Below, in pieces: positions 39,883 through 48,054 of a DNA stretch of 64,000 bases. The notes under the pieces are model-generated. The model was not told where the DNA came from. It did no database searches and saw only the letters and a program-made list of their open reading frames with translations. Both the position numbers and the translations under genes were made by a program. The DNA comes from Candidatus Magasanikiibacteriota bacterium. Lineage in GTDB: Bacteria > Patescibacteriota > Patescibacteriia > Magasanikbacterales > GWA2-37-8. The number at the start of each line of letters is the position of its first letter. Position 1 is the first letter of the stretch. The stretch spans positions 2,015 through 66,014 of the forward strand of contig JACOYB010000006.1 in NCBI GenBank assembly GCA_016182085.1, written 5' to 3'.

Positions 39883-40290
39883 TCAAATCGGTAGGCATGC
39901 CTTGATCTTCGCGGCGATAGCCTGTCCATTCTGCAGCTTGGTGCGGGCTGACAGAAAATGTCCGAACCCCGCCGCATCGCCCTTGTAGCGAGGCACGAGA
40001 TGGAAGTGAACGTGGCGAACTTGTTCGCCAATTGACGCTATGTAGATGAACTCGGCGCCAAGGGCTGCTTTCAGTGCGCCGCCGATCCGTGCGACCGACC
40101 GCCCCATTTCCGCTGCGTCCGTCGGCGATACCGTAGTCAGATCGGGGTGATGGCTTTTCAGAATGACAAGCGTGTGGCCTTCTGCCAGGGGGTTGTCATC
40201 CAGGATTGCGAGGACGCAATCATCCTCATACACCATCTGGCTGTGACGTCGTCGTGTGGCAACGAAGTCGCAAAATACGCAATCGGCCAT
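39883..40290 (-). CDS. HIT family hydrolase
   Basis: DCVFC, GHTLVI, HVHFHLVPR; start reassigned to ATG 40290 with GGAGG SD. Confidence 0.93.
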   Translation of the reverse strand: MADCVFCDFVATRRRHSQMVYEDDCVLAILDDNPLAEGHTLVILKSHHPDLTTVSPTDAAEMGRSVARIGGALKAALGAEFIYIASIGEQVRHVHFHLVPRYKGDAAGFGHFLSARTKLQNGQAIAAKIKACLPI

Positions 40291-40390
40291 GTTTGTTTTC
40301 CTCCTGCCCAGATTATAGTGTGTGTATGCTTGAAAAGTCAAGATTTTTTTATAAAAAAACACTAAACCTCGCGCGGTGACACGAGGCAGT

Positions 40391-41095
40391 TTACGGCTTG
40401 AGGAAGAATTCCTTCAGTTTTGCCAGGCATGACGGGCAAAACGGCCACCCTCTAATTTTTTTGAGCATCTCTTCGTTGAAGGTCCAATACATCACGCATT
40501 CATTCTGGCAATGCGCTTGTTTCAGATCCTCGTCGCTCGCATTAGCGGGGCCACTATAAGGGAACAGACCGAAGATGTGTCCAAGCTCGTGCATCGTCAG
40601 CATCAGAAGGTAAAGAGAAGAGATCGAGTCTTCGTTTTCTTCGGCAGTTCTGTTGTCTTCTCCGTTCACCGGCCGGAGAAGCTGTTTTACTTCGCTATAG
40701 GTAACAACGGCGCCATAGTTCTCAAGTCCGACTCCCCCGACGCTTCGGGATGAATCGTTATGCCAGTGCAATGGTTCCGTTACCAGTGTCACATCATACC
40801 GTTCTTCTTTGCTGCGACTCGCATCATCTTTTATAGAGTATAGCAAGCTTGAAGCATTGAGGTGCCCCGCAACGATGCTTTCTCGGCGCGCCTTGGAAAT
40901 ATGCGGTCTGGGGTTGAAATTAGTTTTTTGGAAAACGTAATTTCCCACCGTGCTATTAAACAAGCGGTCGTATTCCTCCAAGATACCGGCAGCGTAAAGA
41001 ACAGTTATGATAGCGCGGTCAACAACAGATTGAGCTAATTGGCCCGTGCCCTTTTGAGACAGAACCGTAATCGGCTTGATCTTGTAAAACGCCAT
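40391..41095 (-). CDS. Archaemetzincin-like zinc metalloprotease
   Basis: HELGHIFGL then HC...CVM...FCPSC cysteine motif. Confidence 0.8.
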   Translation of the reverse strand: MAFYKIKPITVLSQKGTGQLAQSVVDRAIITVLYAAGILEEYDRLFNSTVGNYVFQKTNFNPRPHISKARRESIVAGHLNASSLLYSIKDDASRSKEERYDVTLVTEPLHWHNDSSRSVGGVGLENYGAVVTYSEVKQLLRPVNGEDNRTAEENEDSISSLYLLMLTMHELGHIFGLFPYSGPANASDEDLKQAHCQNECVMYWTFNEEMLKKIRGWPFCPSCLAKLKEFFLKP

Positions 41096-41244
41096 GATCT
41101 TACCCCTCCTACTGCTTGAAGCAGATCATATAGGTAGTATATGCTAGCTAAATTTTTTTGCAAACTTATGCACAGCCGCCTTAGACGGAATTTTGTGGTA
41201 TAATGTATCCATACATTTCTAATGGATACCAAATTTATCTGCGT

Positions 41245-42390
41245 ATGATTACTCACAGAGTTGCCACCAAGTTGGCGCCAGAACCACCGGTACGCTTTTA
41301 TCGCACGATTGCCGTTACCTTTTTAATTGTTACTTTAGTTTTACTGGGTGTTATCATATTTTTTACTTCCAAAAAAGCTACAATTGTTATTGTTGCTAAG
41401 ACAGATAATAAAAATGTAAATTTGGATATAAATGTTGCCTCGCAAAAAAGCAGCGACCTTGCGATTGTTGGGCTTGTTACCACTACTAAATTTAGTTCAT
41501 CACAAAAATATTTTCCTACGGGCAACAAAACCACCGATGGTTTAGCTGTAGGAGAAGTTACGCTATTTAACGAAACCGGCGCCGTGCAAGCTCTGGTAAA
41601 AACTACCAGACTGCTTACTCCATCTGGCGTTCTATTCCGTCTTTCAAATAATGTAACGGTGCCAGCCAGAGGCCAGGTACAGGCAGCCGTATATGCCGAT
41701 CAGTTGGGAGCCGGAGGAAATATTGGCCCAAGCAGTTTTACAATTCCTGGACTCAATGAAGAAAAGCAAAAAGTTATTTACGCGAGCAGCAGCAAAGATA
41801 TGGTAGGAGGAGTCAGAACCGTTGGGGTATTAAATGCTGAAGATGTAAAATCCGCAAAATCTGATTTTGCCGGTAAAATAAAAAAGACCGTAGAAGATTC
41901 TTTGGAGCAGAATACTAATTTTTCACAAAAATTAATTTTTGTTCCGGATAATAACGTAATGGTTGATAGGCAAATTGGCGAAGAAGTAACGGAGTTTAAT
42001 TTATCCGGCACAAGCACGGTTGTGATTGTCTACTATAATAGCCAAGATTTAAAATCTATTTTAGCCAGAGAAGTTGAGAGTCGCATAGATATAAGCACTG
42101 AAAAAGTATTATCGGTTACCAAGGATCCGCAAGTAACGCTGGGTAGTTATGACCTAGAAAAACAGAAAGCAGTATTATCGGTATATCAAGATGTTTTGGT
42201 AACGCTCGATGTAAATGGTGAAAAATTAGCGGTAAATAATTTTTTTGGAAAGAAGAAAGATGAAATTGAGCGATATATATTTGGTTTAGGCCATGTGGTG
42301 GGTGTAGATGTGAAATTTTCACCTGGTTGGATGAGAACCGCTCCAGGCGTGGCCGACAAAGTGCAGGTGGTAGTAAAAAATGTAGAGTAG
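41245..42390 (+). CDS. Membrane-anchored CPR protein (baseplate-J-like annotation class)
   Basis: N-terminal TM; G.VTLFN..Q.LV.TTRL..GVLFR..V.VPA..GNI.P..FTIPGL. Confidence 0.65.
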   Translation: MITHRVATKLAPEPPVRFYRTIAVTFLIVTLVLLGVIIFFTSKKATIVIVAKTDNKNVNLDINVASQKSSDLAIVGLVTTTKFSSSQKYFPTGNKTTDGLAVGEVTLFNETGAVQALVKTTRLLTPSGVLFRLSNNVTVPARGQVQAAVYADQLGAGGNIGPSSFTIPGLNEEKQKVIYASSSKDMVGGVRTVGVLNAEDVKSAKSDFAGKIKKTVEDSLEQNTNFSQKLIFVPDNNVMVDRQIGEEVTEFNLSGTSTVVIVYYNSQDLKSILAREVESRIDISTEKVLSVTKDPQVTLGSYDLEKQKAVLSVYQDVLVTLDVNGEKLAVNNFFGKKKDEIERYIFGLGHVVGVDVKFSPGWMRTAPGVADKVQVVVKNVE

Positions 42391-42434
42391 TTCTTTGTTT
42401 GACAAAGAAAAGCGGTTGTTTTAAAATGCTTCTA

Positions 42435-42625
42435 AGGCTCGTTATTACGAGAACCCGCCCAGTTTACCCCGACCTGTTTTCGGAATGCGTCGGGGTTGAT
42501 ATGGTACCACTCTTGGAGAGCCGCGTAAAAAAAGTTAAATATTCGGGTGGAACCGTCCTTGGCAGTAGTGCTAGAGACCCCGATGCGTATTATTATAATA
42601 GTGCGTAGCGGGGTCTTTTTATTTA
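42435..42625 (+). promoter_or_regulatory. T-box riboswitch leader of thrS
   Basis: T-box TTCGGGTGGAACCG (~42542), terminator AGACCCCG..CGGGGTCTTTTT, candidate ACC specifier, TTGACA promoter at ~42399. Confidence 0.8.
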
Positions 42626-42653
42626 AATTTATTAAATCATTTTATACTTTCCT

Positions 42654-44402
42654 ATGGATCAAGAACGACTAGAACACATCCGTCATTCTGCCGCCCACAT
42701 GTTGGCCGCGGCCGTATTAGAACTTTACCCAAGAACCAAATTGGGTATTGGCCCAACCGTAGAAAACGGGTTTTATTATGATTTTTTATTTCCCCAAGGC
42801 ACAACGGTTTCCGAAGAGGATTTGGCGAGTATTGAGACTGTAATGAAAAAAATTATCAGCGGCCACCATGATTTTGTGGGTCGCAGCGTTACCGCTGTTG
42901 AGGCAGAAAGCGAAGAAGCGGACCAGCCATTTAAATTGGAGCTCATAAAAGAATTTGCCGGAGAAGGCAAGAACTTAACCATTTATGAATCCGGCCCATT
43001 TAAAGATTTGTGCCGAGGCGGACATGTAGACAACACCTCAGAAATTCCGGCTGACGGATTAAAATTGCATAGAGTGGCCGGCGCCTATTGGCGCGGCAGT
43101 GAAAAAAACCCGATGCTTACCCGTATTTACGGACTACTATTTGCTACTAAAGAAGAGCTCGATAGTTATTTAGAAAAATTAGAAGAAGCGAAAAAACGAG
43201 ATCATAGAAAGTTGGGAGCGGAGTTGGATCTGTTTACTTTTTCCGATTTGGTGGGAGCTGGCCTGGCTTTATGGACCCCAAAAGGCACCTTGCTGCGCAA
43301 TACCTTGGATGATTTTGTTTGGCAGCTTCGTAAAGAGCGCGGATATGAAAAAGTTACGATTCCACACATTACCAAGAAAGATTTATATGAAACAAGCGGT
43401 CACTGGGATAAATTTAAAGATGATTTGTTTAAGATTACCACCCGTGAAGGCCACGAATTTGCCATGAAGCCGATGAACTGCCCGCATCATACCCAGATAT
43501 TTAATCATGTTTCCCGCAGCTACCGTGATTTGCCGCAACGCTACGCTGAAACCACAATGTGTTATCGTGATGAGCAAACGGGAGAGTTGCACGGCCTGTC
43601 GCGCGTGCGCGGATTTACGCAAGATGATGCCCATGTGTTTTGTCGGGAAAGCCAAGTAAAGGAAGAGATGTTTAAAATTTGGGATATTATTGAAGCTTTT
43701 TATAAAGCGGTTGGATTTAATGATTTACGCGTGCGATTATCATTGCACGATCCGGCTCAGTTTGAAAAATATTTAGGCACAAAAGAAGTCTGGGAAAATA
43801 CAGAAAAACAATTGCGTGAAATGGTGGCAGAACGAGGCGTAGAAGCTTTTGAAGCGCTTGGTGAAGCGGCCATGTACGGACCGAAAATAGATTTTATGGC
43901 CAAAGATTCCATTGGCCGTGAGTGGCAGGTGGCAACCATTCAAATTGATCGCAATCAGCCTGAACGGTTTGATCTGGTATGCGTAAATGAACAGGGAGAA
44001 AAAGAAAGAGTGGTGATGGTGCATGCGGCAATTATGGGATCTATTGAACGATTCCTTTCAATTCTTATTGAACATCATGCCGGCGCGTTTCCGGTCTGGG
44101 TATCTCCGGTACAGGTGCTGCTTGCGCCGGTTTCGTCCAAGCATGTAGGTGGCGCTAGAGCCTTATTAAACGAATTGACCGAGGCCGGTATTAGGACAGG
44201 AATAGACGAAGCCGATGAAACTATTGGCAATAAAGTACGCAAGGCCGCCGGACAGAAAATTCCATATATTGTGGTGGTGGGAGACAAAGAGTTAGGTGGG
44301 GAACCGTGGATGATACGCGTGCGAGGGCAAAAAGATCAGGTTAAAATGACCAAGGAAGAGTTTATAGAGAAGGTAAGAAATGAGATAGCCGGTAAAATAT
44401 AA
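42654..44402 (+). CDS. thrS: Threonine-tRNA ligase
   Basis: RHSAAH, GFYYDF, DLCRGGH, KPMNCPHH, LSRVRGFTQDDAH, YGPKID, GSIERF. Confidence 0.99.
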   Translation: MDQERLEHIRHSAAHMLAAAVLELYPRTKLGIGPTVENGFYYDFLFPQGTTVSEEDLASIETVMKKIISGHHDFVGRSVTAVEAESEEADQPFKLELIKEFAGEGKNLTIYESGPFKDLCRGGHVDNTSEIPADGLKLHRVAGAYWRGSEKNPMLTRIYGLLFATKEELDSYLEKLEEAKKRDHRKLGAELDLFTFSDLVGAGLALWTPKGTLLRNTLDDFVWQLRKERGYEKVTIPHITKKDLYETSGHWDKFKDDLFKITTREGHEFAMKPMNCPHHTQIFNHVSRSYRDLPQRYAETTMCYRDEQTGELHGLSRVRGFTQDDAHVFCRESQVKEEMFKIWDIIEAFYKAVGFNDLRVRLSLHDPAQFEKYLGTKEVWENTEKQLREMVAERGVEAFEALGEAAMYGPKIDFMAKDSIGREWQVATIQIDRNQPERFDLVCVNEQGEKERVVMVHAAIMGSIERFLSILIEHHAGAFPVWVSPVQVLLAPVSSKHVGGARALLNELTEAGIRTGIDEADETIGNKVRKAAGQKIPYIVVVGDKELGGEPWMIRVRGQKDQVKMTKEEFIEKVRNEIAGKI

Positions 44403-44490
44403 GGAAAAAATCCGCTCAAATTCTTGAGCGGATTTTTTATTGACTTTTATAAAATATATTGATTGAATATGTCTAAGAGGAGGATGGTTT

Positions 44491-44733
44491 ATGGCAGAAA
44501 CTAACGTTTACAAGTGTGTTTGTGGCCAGATGGGTCAGAGTTGTGGTTCGGTCCAGGGCTATCCTGGATTGCAATGCAGTTCATGCAAGATCAGGTGGTG
44601 GCACACCAGTTGCTGGAAGTGCCGCCAACCTATTGATGGGCGGCACGCGCAACAGTGTCCGCGCTGTAAGTATTGGCACTGTCCTGAACCTAATTGTGGC
44701 GTGTGCAGCCGCGGATGTGCAGGTCGTGTATAA
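44491..44733 (+). CDS. Small Cys-rich (13 Cys) putative metal-binding protein
   Basis: GAGGAGG SD; several CxxC pairs in 80 aa. Confidence 0.65.
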   Translation: MAETNVYKCVCGQMGQSCGSVQGYPGLQCSSCKIRWWHTSCWKCRQPIDGRHAQQCPRCKYWHCPEPNCGVCSRGCAGRV

Positions 44734-44880
44734 GGAGATTAAGGGGTTGCCCGGGTATAAGGAGGTACCCGGGCATGATAGAAAATTAGCTAAAGTTAGC
44801 CAAAAAATGGCAAAAATCTATTGACAAAATGCTCAAAAAGTGTTATAATTCCTTTTGTGTTTAACTTTTAAATAAAAGTT

Positions 44881-45115
44881 ATGCGAGAAGGAAATAGACA
44901 TCAGCAAATCAAAGCCGGCCTGGAAAAAGCTGTGGATATTAAAAAACAGCGAGAAAGCATGTCTTTATCCCATTCTTGAAAAGAATGCTGTGTCCAAAAA
45001 GAAGAAACCAATTGATGTGGTTCATGTTATATCTCCAGAGGATGCCCGTGAAGCTTTAGAGGCAGCCAAGGGTGGGTATGATGAGTATGAGGAGAAAGAA
45101 GAAGAAATAAATTAA
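44881..45115 (+). pseudogene. Small acidic-tailed ORF broken by a +1 frameshift
   Basis: TTGACA-17-TATAAT at 44821-44849; MREGNRHQQ..SLSHS* continues in +1 frame as ILEKNAV..EEEIN*; span 235 nt = 3n+1. Confidence 0.5.
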
Positions 45116-45170
45116 AATTAAAAATCAAAAAACATCCGTGAGATAAGGATGTTTTTTGTTCCTAGCTTAG

Positions 45171-46097
45171 ATGAATAAAAAATTGCCAAAAATTATTGTT
45201 ATTGTTGGCCCAACCGCTTCTGGTAAAACAGACCTGGGTTTATTATTGGCAAAAAAATTTAACGGCGAGATTATTTCCGCCGACTCTCGGCAGGTATATA
45301 AAAAAATGGATATCGGCACGGCCAAACCAAAGGGTGAATGGATAAGTGGAAGTTATGTGGTGGATGGCGTACCGCACTATATGATGGATATTGTAGAGCC
45401 GGACAAAGACTTTAGCCTGGCAGATTTTAAAGCTCGGGCGATAAAACATATACAGGATATCTTACAAAGAAATAAATTACCGATCATTGTCGGTGGTACA
45501 GGATTGTATGTATGGACAATTATTGATAACTTGGATATTCCCAAAATCAAACCCGATTTGCAGTTGCGAAAAAATTTAGAAGAAAAAACCCTCGCAGAAT
45601 TAGCAGCCATGCTTCAAGAAATAGATCCAGAAAGTGCCAAAAAAATAGATCTAAAAAATCCTCGCCGCGTCCTTCGGGCGCTGGAGGTAGCCATAACCAG
45701 CGGAGAGTCTTTTTTTGCGCAGCGTACAAAATCAAATCCATTGTTTGAGGCTTTGCAGGTCGGCATTGAAGTATCTAAGGAAGAACTAAACGATCGTATT
45801 GATGCTAGAGTTGATAAACAGATTACAGAAGGACTCGTAGAAGAAACAAAACAGTTGGCGCAGATCGGGTATGGTTGGAATTTGCCAAGCATGAGTGGTA
45901 TTGGCTATCGCCAGATGGGGTATTATATAAAAGGGGAGATGACTCTGGAAGAAGCGATAGCCACGTTAAAAAAAGATACCAAACGATACGCCAAAAGACA
46001 GATGACTTGGTTTAAACGAGACAAAAGGATTGAGTGGATAAAAAATACCGATCCGGACACGGCCGGCAGTCTTGTAAAATATTTTTTACAGAAGTAA
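45171..46097 (+). CDS. miaA: tRNA dimethylallyltransferase
   Basis: VGPTASGKT, SADSRQVY..MDIGTAKP, VGGTGLY, YAKRQMTWF. Confidence 0.98.
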   Translation: MNKKLPKIIVIVGPTASGKTDLGLLLAKKFNGEIISADSRQVYKKMDIGTAKPKGEWISGSYVVDGVPHYMMDIVEPDKDFSLADFKARAIKHIQDILQRNKLPIIVGGTGLYVWTIIDNLDIPKIKPDLQLRKNLEEKTLAELAAMLQEIDPESAKKIDLKNPRRVLRALEVAITSGESFFAQRTKSNPLFEALQVGIEVSKEELNDRIDARVDKQITEGLVEETKQLAQIGYGWNLPSMSGIGYRQMGYYIKGEMTLEEAIATLKKDTKRYAKRQMTWFKRDKRIEWIKNTDPDTAGSLVKYFLQK

Positions 46098-46098
46098 G

Positions 46099-48024
46099 TT
46101 ATCTTTCAAGCTTAATTTCTTCTCCCATAAAGTCCAATGTTGCGCCGGTAACCGTATCTTCAGCTTGAACATGGACTTTGGAAACAAGCAGGTCTTGCGT
46201 AGGGTTGATTTTGTTTAAGGTAATGGTAAAAGGCAGAGCCAGAACGTCTATGCTTTCCGGCATTTCGGCAATTGTCCAAGTTATTTTTTTGCTTTGGGCG
46301 CTCCAGGTAGCTTGTCCGGCTGGGGCAGAACTTGGCAAGTCTACAGTTACATCACCATAGACATCGGCAGATAGGGTAATATTTTTTAGGGCGTGAAAAT
46401 TATTGGTAAGTACCCAGCTGAGCTGGTGTTTTTCACCGCTACCCACTGGCGATACATTGTCGCGCGCTTCAAACACCAGGTCGGAATTAACGGTAATTAC
46501 AATTTGGTTACTGGATAAATTTTGAGCAGCATTTTTTTGGTCCTTGAAACTTATTTCAGCCAGGGCTGTAATTTGAGAAGAAGATGCCAGGTCGGATAGG
46601 GCGAAGGAAGAAGCGTCTTTTATCGGTAATTTAATGTCTAGAGTAACTTCTTTGCCCTTGGCAATGTTTGCGAGTGCCGGGAATTTACTTTTGTCCCAGG
46701 TAATTTCCCCGCGTCTTAAGTTGTCGTTAATTTGCGTGCCGCGAATATCGCCGTCATACTTGTCTTCAATCTTTGACCAGTCAACGAGCGTAAGTTTTTT
46801 AACTGCCGGCGTGTTTATGCCCAGTTTTAGAATCGCATTCTTTATATCTTCATCACCTTGATTTTTTAAGGTAATTGTCATATTTAAATCATCACCCGGT
46901 TTGACGTTAAAGTTTGATAATGAGCCGTTTATAGCCAGATTGAAATCCAGGTCATTTTCCGCCAGTTGGGGAGTAAGTTTGGAATCAGACAAGTTGAATG
47001 TTTTGTTGTTGGCAGTAACAAGCAAGGCCCCGGAAATATCAGCGGAACTACTTTCGCCGTCACTGGTACTAGAAGAAAAACGGCCGGTGATTTTAAATGT
47101 CCAGCTGTCTGGAGGCGTGGAAGTAGGAGTTATTTTTTTATTTGTTTCAATAATCCACCTGAAATCTTTGCTCATTGCCGGAGAAGAAGAAGTGATAAAG
47201 AAATTTTTAGGCCAAGATGGTTTTAATTCCAATTTGCCGATTGTTGACGGAGCTTCTCTTTTTATGACAAAGGCATATTCGGCAACATTGCCCACGAGTG
47301 TTTTGCTGGAGCCGTTAATGGAGAGAGAAAAGGGTGATTTATCAACCACAACATCCAAAATGGAAGCTTTTTGCAGCTCGGAACCAAAATTTTCAGGCTG
47401 GTATGTGAGGAGTACTCTCCAGGACTGTTTTTGATTTAATGATCCGTATGTAAGGCCGGTAATAGAAATTTCTTTCTTTTTTCCGATGCCAATTTCTCCG
47501 AGATCAAATTCGGTATGGCTGGCGTTTTTTGCTTCTATATCGCTTGAGGAAAACACAAAGCCGTCCGGATATTGAATATTTAAGGTGGCCTTTTTTAGAG
47601 CCAGGCCTTGGTTGTTGTTATAAAATATTTTATAAGTGGTCGTTGTGCCGGCAGTAACACTTGTCGGTCCGCTCACGCGCAGTTCAACCTTATCTTCAGC
47701 GAATTTTTTATTGCTTGGCATGAAGAAAAATCCAGCCCAAGCCGCAGCCGCAAGCAGTCCGCCCAGGAACATAACTATCAAAAATGTTTTAAAGCCAGAG
47801 CGGCTTTTTTTAATTTTAATTTTTTTCATATCCGGTAAATGGCCTCGTTCATCTTGATAAATTTTGGTAAGCTGCTGCGATATCTTTGTTTGTTTGGCGT
47901 TTGCGCTGGGTGGCGGGGCCGCCGGTTTGGCGCGTTTTTTTCGGACAACTTTTTTTGGTTTTATATTAGTTTCAACATCATCAGAGATAGAAGTAGAGGA
48001 AAAAGATGGTTCTTCGGCGGGCAT
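46099..48024 (-). CDS. Membrane-anchored protein with Ig-like (DUF11-type) beta domains
   Basis: Single TM then repeated G...TY.I.Y.N / G.D...TITLKN.G beta modules. Confidence 0.65.
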   Translation of the reverse strand: MPAEEPSFSSTSISDDVETNIKPKKVVRKKRAKPAAPPPSANAKQTKISQQLTKIYQDERGHLPDMKKIKIKKSRSGFKTFLIVMFLGGLLAAAAWAGFFFMPSNKKFAEDKVELRVSGPTSVTAGTTTTYKIFYNNNQGLALKKATLNIQYPDGFVFSSSDIEAKNASHTEFDLGEIGIGKKKEISITGLTYGSLNQKQSWRVLLTYQPENFGSELQKASILDVVVDKSPFSLSINGSSKTLVGNVAEYAFVIKREAPSTIGKLELKPSWPKNFFITSSSPAMSKDFRWIIETNKKITPTSTPPDSWTFKITGRFSSSTSDGESSSADISGALLVTANNKTFNLSDSKLTPQLAENDLDFNLAINGSLSNFNVKPGDDLNMTITLKNQGDEDIKNAILKLGINTPAVKKLTLVDWSKIEDKYDGDIRGTQINDNLRRGEITWDKSKFPALANIAKGKEVTLDIKLPIKDASSFALSDLASSSQITALAEISFKDQKNAAQNLSSNQIVITVNSDLVFEARDNVSPVGSGEKHQLSWVLTNNFHALKNITLSADVYGDVTVDLPSSAPAGQATWSAQSKKITWTIAEMPESIDVLALPFTITLNKINPTQDLLVSKVHVQAEDTVTGATLDFMGEEIKLER

Positions 48025-48054
48025 AAGAAATGAGTTAAAGTAAATTAGGTTATT

